Source of the DNA: Octopus sinensis
Lineage: Eukaryota
Direction of reading: 5' to 3'
NCBI RefSeq assembly: GCF_006345805.1
Contig: NC_043023.1
Span: 9,486,001-9,550,000, forward strand
Length of the DNA stretch: 64,000 bases
The notes under the pieces are model-generated. The model made no database searches. It worked only from the letters and a program-made list of their open reading frames with translations, and had not been told where the DNA came from. Positions 1-13,786 of the stretch are shown here, piece by piece; within the stretch, counting starts at the first letter, position 1; every line of letters starts with the position of its first letter. A program made the position numbers and the translations under genes.

Positions 1-1398
1 GGCTGACAGTTCTAAGTCTTTGAATCACTATATCTACTTTGTATGCATGTATATATTTGTTTTTATACGTGTGTTTGTGAATGTATGTGTTTGTGTGTAT
101 GTGTGTGTGTGTGTGTGTGTCTGTGTCCGTGTCGGTGTTTGGTGTAATAGTAGTTTTCGATAGGATGAGCAAAAATACGATCGAATCAATGAGAGAAATA
201 TTATTGAATAAATACTCAAAAATTTCATACTCGAAGAGAACAAAATTCAGTCGTGTTCATATAAGGGTTACGGTGTACGATCCCGTAATCATCCAAGCTC
301 ATGTAACTCGACTGCTCAATGAGAATATACAATAAAGTTCATGATGAAATGAATTGAGTTCAAGGGGAATAATCCTCGCCTCGGAAGCTACCTTGTGTAT
401 CTGATGAAAAACCGTCCGTTTGAGACGCAAAAGTGCAGTGATATATCATTAATGATATGCGTGTGTGTGTTTATGGCAAGGAATGATATGATGAGTCATG
501 TTTTGAAAACACGTGTCAATGCTAAGCTTATAAGCTTTCAGTATTCAAGTATGGTGTCAAAGCCAAGACTGAAGCAGTAGTATTTGAATAGGAGATAGCC
601 TAATGTTTGTCTAAGCCGGTGAGTGAAATGGCTTCCTCCAATTTGAAAACAGAAAAGTCCTGGGGTCGATTTGCTCGACTTAAAAGGCGATGCTCCAGCA
701 TGGCCACAGTCAAATGACTGAAACAAGTAAAAAGAGTAAAAAAAAAAAGAGGCTGGGACATCAGTCGCTAAATTATATGAAGCAATTAGATGTGGTATTT
801 CGACCTATGTGATCGAAATGGTACTAGAGCATTTCTTCATTTTGAAACAGAAAATTTTCCTTCTCAGAGATAAGGCCCGTGTGTAAATGTGTGAAGCAAT
901 GAAAGTCATTCGATAGGTACGAATGGCAGAGATGCAATGTGACACCAAATACACACCATACAGTGTGATGTGTACAACTTTTAGCGGCACTTCCATCCAC
1001 TGTTTGGTGCACTCGTAGATTCGGAGGCGGGAGTAAACTCTATTTCCTAACTTGATGGCCTACCGCGGCCCTCGGCGGATGATGCTGGGTGCAGCAAAAT
1101 TCAATAACAACAGTTGAGATACAGAAACCCTTGAGCGACTGTACGGGGTGTAAATCGCCTTTTGGGGCTGATCTACACAACGAGTTTTGTGTAGATATGT
1201 CAGGCATGTTCGCCGATGTCGTCGCGGTTGTCTACTCCAACTGACATCAGAACGGAAGCATTCCCAGTTTTGTAAGCTGTACAATAGCAATCTTAGTAAG
1301 GGAAGACGCGAACATGGATGGAGTGTGTAATCGAAAATTTCCAGCACATGATTCTACTTAACACAAAGATTTATCATTAATTTTCTATTTCTTTGTAG

Positions 1399-1783
1399 CT
1401 GTTGGCTAGACAAGACAGCTTTCTACGCTGCTTTCCTGGCTCCCGTGGCCATAATTCTCCTCTTCAACATCACTATGTTTTTTGTCGTTATGTGGCATCT
1501 CAACTCAATGCAAAATGACAAGAAATCTGTACACAACACAAAAAAAGACGTGTTTTTGGCATCGTAGGTTTATGTTTCCTACTTGGATTGCCCTGGGTCT
1601 TAGCATTTTTCGCTTTTGATGAAGCTGCAGAAGTGTTTCACCTTCTTTTTAATATCTTCAATACCCTTCAAGGAATGTTCATCTTCGTATGCTACTGTAT
1701 ACACAAAAAAGATACCAGAGATGTCATTTGCCTCTTTGTACGTAAACGAAAAGAATGGAGGCAAGTTCAGGAGAATATAAGAA
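1399..1783 (+). CDS. Adhesion (family B/7tm_2) GPCR exon, ECL2-TM5-TM6-TM7; 1-nt frameshift in A-run 1540-1546
   Basis: Acceptor ctttgtAG (1397-98), donor GTAAGT (1784). Reads CWLDKTAFYAAFLAPVAIILLFNITMFFVVMWHL...KK, then in a shifted frame RRVFGIVGLCFLLGLPWVLAFFAF...LFNIFNTLQGMFIFVCYCIHKKDTR. CWL, LLGLxW and FNxLQGxFIF are adhesion-GPCR hallmarks. Confidence 0.92.
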
Positions 1784-1857
1784 GTAAGTGTAATTTGGTC
1801 TCTTTTATACTTTTATACCAGCGCAATCGATATTCGCATGATGTTACTATCAATATC

Positions 1858-2242
1858 TATTTCTTTACTACCCACAAGGGGCTAAACACAGAGAGGACAA
1901 ACAAGGACAGACAAACGGATTAAGTCGATTACATCGATCCCAGTGCGCAACTGGTACTTATTTAATCGACCCCGAAAGGATGAACGGCAAAGTCGACCTC
2001 GGCGGAATTTGAACTCACAACGTAACGGCAGACGAAACACAGAGAGGACAAACAAGGACAGACAAACGGATTAAGTCGATTACATCGACCCCAGTGCGTA
2101 ACTGGTACTTATTTAATCGACCACGAAAGGATGAAAGGCAAAGTCGACCTCGGCGGAATTTGAACTCAGAACGTAACGGCAGACGAAATACGGCTACGCA
2201 TTTCGCCCGGCGTGTTAACGATTCTGCCAGTTCGCCGCCTAT
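1858..2242 (-). mobile_element. tRNA-derived SINE with internal duplication and 16-bp target-site duplication
   Basis: Same family as 14190-14800 and 17400-17632. TGTTACTATCAATATC flanks both sides (1842-1857, 2243-2258). A ~150-bp segment is duplicated internally. Confidence 0.85.
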
Positions 2243-2805
2243 TGTTACTATCAATATCATCACTCTGGGGATAGACATCATCGTAAATATCAACTCTACA
2301 GTCTTCATCATCATCATCATCAACATCATCAACATCATCATCATCATCATCATCATTATCACATTATATATTCTGTACTCTCACTATATACCTCTCGTTG
2401 AGAAATTTAGAAATAATAAAGACTTTATTTAGAAAATCAGTGATTATGTATCACATTGAAAACAATATATTTTTGAACGAGAATATGGCAGCGCCACCCT
2501 CGGTCGAGGATTTATTCTGTGTCTAGGAAGAGAAATAGCCGAGTATTTCTATCGGAAAAGAGGCTAAAATATTACAGCGAAATTGATGCAACAGCACATG
2601 TTGCTTCCCTTGGATAGATTTTTGTGTCGTCTTCCACTCCTTTTCGTCTCATACTAATTCCGACAATAAAAGACTGAAGTCTATGATGTCATACAGTGTA
2701 TATTAATTTTACAGAACATTAGAAAAATAAGTATTATAGTTTCAATTTTGTTTCTATAATTTTTTAAGGGAAGCATTGCTTCTCTTGCTTCACACCTATG
2801 ATATA

Positions 2806-2927
<122 letters not shown>

Positions 2928-2969
2928 TTATGATAGATATATATATATATATATATATATATATCATAT

Positions 2970-3035
<66 letters not shown>

Positions 3036-3036
3036 G

Positions 3037-3362
3037 TGAAAGCCCCTTCGGTCACGACCCTGACCTACAAAGTTACCCTCCCAGGCACGAGTCCGAGCAA
3101 GGTTGCTTATGAAAGACCAGCAGTCACCCATGCATAACGGCCTGCCCTCTCCACGCTACCAGTTTTATCCAATGGAAAGGCAAAGGGGCCGATACAGCTT
3201 GGCACCTGTGACGCCGCAACTCATTTCTACATCTGAGTGAACTGGAGCAACGTGAAATAAAGTGTCTTGCTCAAAAACACAACTCGCAGCCCGTTTTGGG
3301 ATTCGAGCTCACAACCTCATGATCATAAGCTCGAAGCTCTAAACACTGAGCCATGCGCCTTC
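3037..3362 (-). mobile_element. tRNA-derived SINE (second family)
   Basis: Minus strand starts GAAGGCGCATGGCTCAGTGTTTAGAGC...GAGCTCGAATCCC (A/B-box-like), bounded by (TA)n. Confidence 0.7.
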
Positions 3363-3364
3363 AC

Positions 3365-3477
<113 letters not shown>

Positions 3478-3903
3478 CAGATATGTTTCTTTATTAGCCA
3501 CACAGGGCTGCACACAGACATGACAAATTACAAGGTAGAGCTTTGTTTTTGTAATTTGTCCTGTCTGTGTGCAGCCCTCTGTGGCTAATAAAGAAACATA
3601 TCTATATATCTATCTATCCATATGTAGATAGATAGATAAGTTTCTTTATTGGCCACACAGGGCTGCACACAGATGGGACAAATTACAAGGTAGAGCTTTT
3701 CATTTGGGGGATAAAAAAACAAAAAACAAAAGAAACACAAAAGAAGTGGCGTAGGGTTTCGATCAAAAGGGATCGTAAAAGGGAAAAAAGAGAAAAAAAA
3801 GAGAAAAAGAAAAAAGGAAAAAAAGGAAAAGAAACAAAAGCAAAGAAAAAGGAAAAAAGAAAAGATAGATATATAGATAGATAGATATACATACATACAT
3901 ACA

Positions 3904-3937
<34 letters not shown>

Positions 3938-4730
3938 CATACGTTTATGTGTGTGTGTATGTGTGTGTGTGTGTGTAGGTACATACACGAGGGAAGAAAC
4001 GAATGAACGTAGCAGTCAGCGCATTGGAGTTTTGGAGTTACACATCAAATGTGGAAGTCAGCCAAACTGTTCTTAATTCTTGTGCGAGTGCACGCGCACC
4101 TGTGTGTGCGCGTGTGTCTGTGTATAGTAAACAATAAAGAGTGAATAGCTGAAAACATCACTACACGTTTCAATAGCATGGTTATTTATCTCTAAATCAT
4201 TGTGCCTTACATAATACATTATGTAAATCCCTATATCAAAATTGTCGCGAAAAACATTTCCTCACTCAGACGCCGAAATACAATCAATATTCGAAGATGG
4301 AGATATTTATAAACAAACAGAATGAAATAATAACTTTGAAATTGGGATGGATAAATTAGAGCCTACGACCAATCAAACTGCACGATTCAAAAGGCAATTG
4401 AATTAATGCATACGTATGCAATTTACTAAGAGAGATTTTATGGTCAGTTATACCGGTTAATGCCCTGCGGTTAATGCCCTGCAAAATACCGGTTTAATGT
4501 CCTGCAATAAAGCGGTATTCCCAGTATACGTCAGCTTCCAAAGTAACCGGCAGAACACGTCTGTTCTTAGGATAACTGATCAAAAAGACAATTCGTAGCT
4601 TTAAGTGGCATATGTGATATACATCATACATATCAATATATACGCACACATTTGCCAAATAAGTATTCATTCAGTGGTCTAAAAAAATTAAACCACAAAT
4701 ACAGAATGAATAAATATAAATACAGCTATA

Positions 4731-5149
4731 GGCGCAGGAGTGGCTGTGTGGTAAGTAGCTTGCTTACCAACCACATGGTTCCGGGTTCAGTCCCACTGCG
4801 TGACACCTTAGGCAAGTGTCTTCTGCTATAGCCCCGGGCCGACCAAAGCCTTGTGAGTGGATTTGGTAGATGGAAACTGAAAGAAGCCTGTCGTATATAT
4901 GTATATATATGTGTATATGTGTATGTGTGTGTGTTTGTGTGTGTGTGTGTTTGTCCCCCTAGCATTGCTTGACAACCGATGCTGGTGTGTTTACGTCCCC
5001 GTCACTTAGCGGTTCGGCAAAAGGGACCGATAGAATAAGTACTGGGCTTACAAAGAATAAGTCCCGGGGTCGATTTGCTCGACTAAAGGCGGTGCTCCTG
5101 CATGGCCGCAGTCAAATGACTGAAACAAGTAAAAAAGAGTAAAAAGAGA
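4731..5149 (+). mobile_element. tRNA-derived SINE (third family), full length
   Basis: A-box TGGCTGTGTGG, B-box GGTTCAGTCCC, internal TG microsatellite, GTAAAAGA-repeat tail. Near-identical copy at 9093-9518, 3' fragment at ~650-740. Confidence 0.85.
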
Positions 5150-5486
5150 GACCCACGTAAATTATATACTCAACCAAGCAAGCCTTTAACTGAATAGAGC
5201 TAAACAGTCCATCTGTTTTTATATAAAGTCGCGTAGTTGTTCTGGAAAATGAACCAATTATTTGCTGACATCTTACAGCGTACTCCCGAAAATTATTATT
5301 GCCTGTGAGTGTAATTACTCTTTTCAATATAAATCTTGTTGTTCAACCCTACTTATTCTTTAGTAACATTATTTTCTCTTGTGAGAAAAGAGTTGATGGC
5401 AATTGTTGCTGTGTATAATATTTATGGTTATGAATTATTGACTTGAAAAATTGATATTCATATAGTTTTTTTGATTATGTTTCCAG

Positions 5487-5578
5487 GTTCAGTCTCCGAT
5501 TATGGAATGGGAGGTAAAAAAAGCAGAAACGACCTTTCGAATGAGAATCAAGAAAAATTCCTCAAGACTAGTCGTTGA
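5487..5578 (+). CDS. Probable terminal coding exon of the adhesion GPCR (cytoplasmic tail)
   Basis: Acceptor tatgtttccAG. Phase 1 matches the upstream donor (A+GT=Ser). Reads SSVSDYGMGGKKSRNDLSNENQEKFLKTSR-stop (TGA 5576-78). AATAAA at 5991. Confidence 0.65.
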
Positions 5579-6036
5579 TGATATTTTACGTCAAAATTCT
5601 AAATATTCTTATATTACATTAAACTAAGCAAATATATCCAAGCCGCCTATTTCATATTAAATTTTTTGCTTTCTCAAATAATCTGCAAAATATATACGCT
5701 TGTGTGTGTCTGTGAGAGTGTGTGCGTGTGTGTGTGCGTTTGTGAGTCTTCAAGAGTCACCTTTGATCATATTTTGCCTCAACTTTTCTTCTTATATTAC
5801 ATTAAACGCACGTCCATATAGCGTAGCTTTATTTTTTGCCTATTGATACAACACTATGCAACTAAGAGACTCTTTAATCCGCAATAATCTAATTTTAAAA
5901 GAAGCTACATTCATGACTATTGGCTGGAACCTAAATTCTGAAAATATTCCTAAAATCTCTTTCAATGTAATATTTTGTTTTGTTTTTCTGAATAAAGTGG
6001 TTTGTTACTATAGCTTTTCTGAAATTCCGGTTAATC

Positions 6037-6080
<44 letters not shown>

Positions 6081-6083
<3 letters not shown>

Positions 6084-6910
6084 CTAAATGCAAAAGAAAT
6101 AGACAAAGAAAAATCCCAGCAATGGTTGAGAAGCTCAGGACTAAAAGCAGAGACAGAGAGATTTTTAATTGCAGCACAAGACCAAAGCCTCCCCACCAGA
6201 AATTACCAAAAACATGTAATGAAAAGAAATATAACAAGTAACTGCAGAATATGTGGAGATGGACAAGAAACAATAAATCATATTATCTCTGGCTGCCCAG
6301 TCCTGGCTAAGAAGGAATATATTCACAGACATGACAGAGTTGGAACCTACATACACTGGAAGCTATGCCAACATTGTGGAATAACAACAGAAAAAAGATG
6401 GTATAGGCACACACAAGAAAAGGTCACAGAAAACGAGAAAGCAACCATACTCTGGGATATACCGATACACACAGATAGAGAAATTAAGGCCAACAGACCA
6501 GATATAGTTGTCAGAGATCATGAAGGAAAAAAACGCTTTCTAATTGATGTATCAATACCGGCAGATGACAACGTGTCTCTAAAAGAAATGGAGAAACTTT
6601 CAAAATACAAAGACCTGGAAATAGAGATAACCGGAATGTGGAATCTAAAAACAGAAACAATTCCTATCATAGTAGGTGCATTAGGCATGATAAAACAATA
6701 TTCAGACAAATACATAACAAAAACACCAGGACTTACAAACACATATAACATACAGAAAATTGCACTACTAGGCACTGCACACATCCTACGCAGAACACTT
6801 TCCATACAATAACCATCAGAGCATCGCAACAAATCACAGCACATACCCAAGGCACACAGAGCTGCGCTCGGTAGTGAAGTGAAAGCACGCTATAAAAATA
6901 AAACTACTGA
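6081..6910 (+). mobile_element. 5'-truncated R4/Dong-like non-LTR retrotransposon (CCHC knuckle + restriction-like endonuclease + 3' UTR)
   Basis: ORF 6126-6812 has CRICGDGQETINHIISGC, RHD and RPDIVV...IDVSIP...EKLSKY (PD-(D/E)xK). Flanked on both sides by (TAA)n. Confidence 0.9.
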
Positions 6911-6913
6911 ATG

Positions 6914-6989
<76 letters not shown>

Positions 6990-7079
6990 TAATAATAATA
7001 ATAATAATAATAACAATAATAATAATAATAATAATAATAATGAAACAATAGATAAATAAACACTTTAAAGTAGAAAATA

Positions 7080-7350
7080 GCTCGGTTATGGAAAATGAAG
7101 AAGGTGAAGGCAGTGTCAATTAATTTTGGCTGATTGGAAACAGAATCAGCAGACATCAAAAGGAATAGAAAGGAAATTGGAATAGAGTGTCCAGTAGAAT
7201 TGTTACGAAAGATTTGCCTCCATGCCTCGGCTAAAATATTTGGGAAAGAATTAGACAGTTGAAAAGAATGAATAACGTGGTACCGTAGGCTGCAGGTAGC
7301 AAGATCGCTACGCAAGCAAGAATCCAGGAGGGTCAACACAACCTGATAGA
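7080..7350 (+). mobile_element. 3' remnant of a second RLE-type LINE
   Basis: KEIGIECPVELLRKICLHASAKIFGKELDS-stop resembles the C-terminus of the adjacent element (IQKIALLGTAHILRRTL). Followed by a long (TAA)n array. Confidence 0.5.
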
Positions 7351-7548
7351 ATGATAATAATAATAATAACAGCAACAACAACAACAACAACAACAATAAT
7401 AATAATAATGATGATAATGATAATAATGATAATAATAATAATAACAGCAACAACAACAACAACAATAATATTAATAATGATAATAATAATGATAATAATA
7501 ATAATAATATTAATAATAATAATAATAATAATAATGATAATAATAATA

Positions 7549-7579
<31 letters not shown>

Positions 7580-7644
7580 TGATAATAATAATAATAATAG
7601 TAATAATGATAATGATAATAATAATAATAATTATGATGATGATG

Positions 7645-7692
<48 letters not shown>

Positions 7693-7764
7693 GTAATAAT
7701 GATAATGATAATAATAATAATAATTATGATGATGATGATAATGATAATAATAATAATAATAATG

Positions 7765-7838
<74 letters not shown>
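7351..7838. repeat. Compound (TAA/TGA/CAA)n microsatellite
   Basis: Directly visible. Confidence 0.95.
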
Positions 7839-8134
7839 TGCTTTCTACTGGAGGTACAAGGCCTTGCAATTTTAGTTGACTTTCTCCTCCTGATGATTTT
7901 GCTTTCATTTTGAGATTGACAGCTATAATGCAGAAAATACCAGTTTCCAAAACCTGTTTTCTTGATTTGGTAAAATTGATTAAACTTTAAACCTCAAGTA
8001 ACATTTTTCTGCAATTTATTCCTAGAACAAATAAATGGCAAAATCGAATTTAATGTGGAAAATTATTTCAGTATGCCAAATATTAAAATCTAACAATATG
8101 TGACAACATGGAAGGCCCTTCAAGAGTAGAAAGA

Positions 8135-8315
8135 CACACAGTTATAAGACGTGTCATACAGTTATAAGACATAAGTTATAAGTAGAAAGACACACAGTTA
8201 TAAGACGTGTCATACAGTTATAAGACAAGTCATACAGTTATAAGATGTGTCATACAGTTATAAGACGTGTCATACAGTTATAAGACGTGTCATACAGTTA
8301 TAAGACGTGTCATAC
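8135..8315. repeat. 20-bp minisatellite CATACAGTTATAAGACGTGT
   Basis: About 7 direct copies, some partial. Confidence 0.9.
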
Positions 8316-8704
8316 ACACTCAGACACAGACATATATTTACGAACGTATAATCGGTAATCACAGCTCAAAATGGTGTATTGTAGACATATGTATATATGT
8401 GTGTGTGTGTGTGTGTGTATCTGTGTGTGTATCTTTGTATGTGTTTCTGTGTGTGTGGTTTTTGCAATGGACATAAGAAAAGGTTATATATATATATATA
8501 TCTATGTTTGTTTCTCTCTCATCACATCGTCTAAATATGTCTTACAAGTATCATAGCACTTGTAAACAATTACTTAAATATGTAGCTACCACTTGACAAG
8601 TTCCGTTTTAAACAGTAATATATGAGCGATTGTTCCGGGAATAAAGTACTTGACAAGAAATCCTCTTGGAAAACAGTAAATAGATAAGTAGACATTTAAT
8701 ATAC

Positions 8705-8748
8705 ATAAGGAGCACTCCGTCGGTTACGACGACGAGGGTCCCAGCTGT

Positions 8749-8779
<31 letters not shown>

Positions 8780-9082
8780 CGGGATCACGGGACCGACCAG
8801 ACCATCAGATGTTGTTACACATCGCTGGTCACAATGCGTTTGCATTGTTTTAGCCTTCAAATGACGCCACCCCGCTGGTTAAGCGAGCAGGCCAACAGAA
8901 GAAAGAGTGGGAGAAAGATTGGTGAAAGAGTACAGCAGGGATCACGACCCCCTGCCGGAGCTTCGTGGAGCTTTTAGGTGTTTTTGCTCAATAAACACTC
9001 ACAACGCCCGGTCTGGGAATCGAAACCGCGATCCTGCGACCGCGAGTCCGCTGCCCTAAGAACTAGGTCATTGCGCCTCCAC
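8705..9082 (-). mobile_element. tRNA-derived SINE (fourth family), head-to-head with the SINE at 9093
   Basis: Minus-strand head GGAGGCGCAATGACCTAG...GGTTTCGATTCCC. An internal fragment recurs at ~30175-30290, 43008-43125 and 55714-55831. Confidence 0.7.
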
Positions 9083-9092
9083 ATATATATAT

Positions 9093-9516
9093 AGGAGTGG
9101 CTGTGTGGTAAGTAGCTTGCTAACCAACCACATGGTTCCGGGTTCAGTCCCACTGCGTGGCATCTTGGGCAAGTGTCTTCTGCTATAGCCCCGGGCCGAC
9201 CATTGCCTTGTGAGTGGATTTGGTTGACGGAAACTGAAAGAAGCCTGTCGTATATATGTATATATATGTATATATGTGTATGTGTGTGTGTTTGTGTGTG
9301 TGTGTTTGTCCCCCTAGCATTGCTTGACAACCGATGCTGGTGTGTTTACGTCCCCGTCACTTAGCGGTTCGGCAAAAGAGACCGATAGAATAAGTACTGG
9401 GTTTACAAAGAATAAGTCCCGGGGTCGATTTGCTCGACTAGAAGTTGGTGCTCCAGCATGGCCGCAGTCAAATGACTGAAACAAGTAAAAGAGTAAAAGA
9501 GTAAAAGAGTAAAAGA

Positions 9517-9518
<2 letters not shown>
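9093..9518 (+). mobile_element. tRNA-derived SINE, copy of 4731-5149
   Basis: Near-identical to 4731-5149 over ~420 bp. Confidence 0.85.
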
Positions 9519-9581
<63 letters not shown>

Positions 9582-11769
9582 AGATTCGTAATATCTGTAT
9601 TTTTTTACGTAGATAGTAAAAAAAAATTCGAAATAAGTTACGAATTAATAAATTGCGATGGGGATAGGAGGAAATAAAAAAATTGAAAACCTGATTTCTG
9701 GACAAAATCGTATTAACCCCATTTTATACGATGAAACAATGCATAGTTTCTAATCCTTCTTAAGAATAGAAGGCACTTTTATACAAATTGTACCCTCGCC
9801 CTTCAGCATTAAACAAACAATAACTTCCATTATTCCATTAACTATATATCAGCTGTGCCGATTCTGCCCATAAGAATCAAATAATGCAATTTACTTGTAG
9901 GGCAGAACACCCGGGCAACGCCAGGATTCATTGGTAGTATGTATGCATGTTGTATATACATATAGGTACATACACACACACACGCACACACATTCACACA
10001 CGCATATAAATATATATCTGTGTGTGTATGTACGTATACATGTATATATATCTATGAGTATGCATATCATTTTTCAGGTATCTCTTAGCTGCTTAGTGTA
10101 GTAATGAATAAATTACAAATTGCTGTCGGAATATACAGATAGAGAGACTGGCAAACAGAAATCTGTCTATTTATCTGTCTGTCTGTATGTCTCAGTCCAA
10201 ATGTGTGTTTGCTAGGCAGATAAATAGATTTCAAAAATGGTGTAAATGAACAAGAGTAGATTAGATATTTAGTAAAAATTTGTGCAGAAGAAAATAAAAA
10301 TAAAATGAAATACTTGATGCGGTGAATAAATAGATAAAATTCTAAGAAAACTTATAAAGAGTAGCTTTATTGTCTGACAGGCTTCACAGTCAGTGTAAGA
10401 GAGATGAATTGCTAAATATTAAGTAAATGATAACAACCCATTCTACGGAGTAGTGTGAAGTTGTAATCTCTGAGAGCTCTAGAAGATACAACCAGCTAAA
10501 GATTTCTTTTAAGGTAACGTTAAAATTTTCTTGTCTGAAATCTAGTAAAATGTTATAATTTCAAATATTCAGCTACATGTGATTAACCAATATGCATGGC
10601 ACTAACAGAAACACACCTGAACTGTCGCATGTCAGATGAGCAGACCACATACTAAAGTCTTGTATTTCGAAACGACAGAATACTCACACACACTCACACA
10701 CTCACACAAACACACGCACGAAAACAAAAGAAGGACCAGTAGTTGGAAAGGTATTACATCATTTGTAACATTGTTATATAAGTTTTGTTCAGATTTATAT
10801 CTATCTTGTATGAACCTTTATTCCTAACTTTTCCTTTTTTGCCAAATTTTATACTCAAAATTATATAACAGCCTCATATAAAATGTGATAGTTTTGCTAA
10901 AAAAAAAACGGTCCATTCATTGTTATAGAAAGCTTTCATGAGCTGGAATTGAATGTTGCTTCGAGCCAATTCTTGTTTGCATTGATTCCTTTTTCCTTCC
11001 TTCAACGTTCAAGTTAAGATAATTTTAGTCCGTTTTGTGTACTTATTACTGTACCTGCTGTGCACATTGTTTTGTCTTGTTCTAGACTATTACACACATA
11101 CACATATACATGCACAAACATGCCGGGATTCATTCAGTTTACCGTTGATTGTACGACTGGGTGGACAAACGAAAGAAATCCATTTAATAGGATATAACCA
11201 GAATGAAAAATGCGGGGGCAGAATGCTAGAATGTTCTTAAGTTGAAGCGTGTAATTAAGCCTGGAAATGTATAAGACAAGATGAAAAAACAGAACTTAAA
11301 ATTCTGTCGAAGTTAGAATTTGTTAATAAATCTCTGAAATTGTTCATTAAATAGTGCCTGATTAAATTTGTTGCTTTAAATTGCAAATTAAAAAAACATT
11401 ATTAAATCAATAATATAAAACATTATTGATTTAAAAACTTCTTCGTATTAAACTAGAATATTTCTGACATTATTATTATAGTTATTTTTTAATTTATTAC
11501 TTAAATTTTAAATCACAGATATTGTTTTAAACTTATGTTAACTCAAAATAAACTTATGCTGAATAAATGTAACTCGAAATAGTTTTAAAAAAAACTGGAA
11601 CTTTTTTAAACGAGCAAAGAATTCATTTCTTTATAGTTTGCATTAATAAAATAATTTCTATTTATAATTAGAAAAATATTTGAAAGAATGAAGGTTAATG
11701 AACAAATTGAGTGCAAAATGTAGAAATGACTAGCTTTTATTAAGTGGGTGAATGGTGTATTTTGATAAC

Positions 11770-12022
11770 CAAACACTTTTGCAAACTTTCTTTTTGTCAA
11801 ACGGACTGTCCGCTAGTCGACCGGCTCACCGAACGCCTACGTAAGAACAACCCTGTCGCCCGTTATTTTCGCTTGGCCGGCTACTTCACCTCAGACCTCA
11901 ATGTCTTTGGTCTTGCCCTACAACATAGATCCATCAATACTAGATTTCACCTTCAACATTTCTACATTTTCACCATACGATCTCGAACTCTTTTCAATAA
12001 TATTCTCCATACGCCATTTTAA
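11770..12022 (+). mobile_element. Decayed GIY-YIG endonuclease of a Penelope-like element
   Basis: CQTDCPLVDRLTERLRKNNPVARYFRLAGYFTSDLNVFGL resembles the Penelope pattern GQT.R.L..R..EH....PVA.HF....H...D..V.GL. Confidence 0.5.
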
Positions 12023-12299
12023 GACAAGCATTTTATTTTATTAATTTCTATTGTTTATTTATATAATCTTTATTTCATCTGTCTTAGTATTTTTACATTT
12101 TTCAATTCTTCAATTTTTAATTATTTTTAATTTGCATTTTTAATTTTTAATTCGTATTTTTAATCGTTTTATTCGCCTACACACACTCTCACACATACTC
12201 ACACGCACACACATAAACACATCCACGCACCCACCTCCATACCTACGTATATATATACTGCCACATACGTTCACACAAACTCACACACATTCATGCGCA

Positions 12300-13080
12300 C
12301 ACACCCATACACACATACATACATACATACATACATACATACACATACATACATACATACATACTACATACATACATAAATACATACATACACACACATA
12401 CATACATACATACATACATACATACATACACACATACATACATACATACATACATACATACATACATTTATACATACATACATACATACATACATACATA
12501 CGTACATACACACACATACATACATATATACATACATACATACATACATACATACATACACACACATACATACATATATACATACATACATACATACATA
12601 CACACACATACATACACACATACATACATACATACATACACACACATACATACATACATACTACATACATACATAAATACATACATACATACACACACAT
12701 ACATACATACACACATACATACATACACACACATACATACATACATACATACATACATACGTACATACACACACATACATACATACATACATACATACAT
12801 ACATACACACATACATACATACATACATACACACACATACATACATACATACATATACACATACATACATACATACATACTACATACATACATACATGCA
12901 TGCATGCATGCATACATACATGCATGCATGCATACATACAAACATGCATGCATGCATGCATACATACATACGTATATGCATGCATACATACATACATACA
13001 TACATACATGCATACATACATACATACATACATGCATGTATGCATACATACGTACATACATGCATGCATACATATATGTA
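12300..13080. repeat. (CATA)n/(CATG)n compound microsatellite
   Basis: Directly visible; source of the YVCM ORFs. Confidence 0.95.
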
Positions 13081-13082
13081 TA

Positions 13083-13490
13083 GTGGTCGTATACTGTCAA
13101 CTCAATGTGACAGTCCCGTAAGGGAATTATACCACCGCCATTTAGCCCTAGGAAACATCGACGTCTCCTGTCGGCTTTGACACATTTTCTGTGTCCTTAT
13201 ATTCGCAAAGGGGAGGCAATCACCCCCGCAAGCCGGGACAAGGTACCTGAAGACATATGTTTCAGATTGTATTGCTCATCGTCAGTTCAGGGTAGCCTGC
13301 CCCGCTAACTGAGATGACTGCAACCTCTGCAAATATATCATATTTTCAGTAAAATTTATTTACTGGTCACCGAAATTAGAAATATTGAATTTCTAAATGT
13401 TTCAGAGAGACATAAGCGGTGGTGGAGCGATAGAGTGGTCGTATACTGTCAGCTCAATGTGACAGTCCCCTAAAGGGAATTACACCACCG
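13083..13490 (-). mobile_element. Penelope-like terminal-repeat fragment with direct repeats
   Basis: GTGGTCGTATACTGTCA.CTCAATGTGACAGTCCC..AAGGGAATTA occurs at 13083 and 13435. Contains a hammerhead-like motif. Older partial copies lie at ~36900-37010 and its repeats. Confidence 0.55.
13246..13291 (-). ncRNA. Minimal type I hammerhead ribozyme-like motif
   Basis: Minus strand: CCUGAA-CUGACGA-UGAGCAAUACAAUCU-GAAA-CAUAUG-UC-UUCAGG. Perfect 6-bp stem I, palindromic stem III, degraded stem II. Confidence 0.6.
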
Positions 13491-13733
13491 GGACCATGTG
13501 GTTGGTAAGCAAGCTACTTACCACACAGCTACTCCTACGCCCATATATATATATACACTCGCACACATGCACATTAAAATACACGCACTCTCACACACGG
13601 ATGCACATATGCCTCCACATACAACACTCCATACACGCAACACACACATGCACAAGGATACACAAACGTTATTCGAAGAGAAATGCACACAGATACACAC
13701 AACATAAGTGAGATAGATACACAGTGATACACA

Positions 13734-13786
<53 letters not shown>

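Noticed and set aside
4731-4805. tRNA gene candidates at SINE heads
   Set aside because: A/B boxes are present but they run into SINE bodies and tails with no complete cloverleaf.
9578-9938. Helitron-like end (CCGGGCAACGCCAGG...GTAG)
   Set aside because: Terminus is degenerate and the 5' boundary is unclear; too weak to call.
12281-13121. Long YVCM/HTYI ORFs (also 21726-22481) and all YIYI, poly-I, poly-Y ORFs
   Set aside because: Translations of stop-free microsatellites, not genes.
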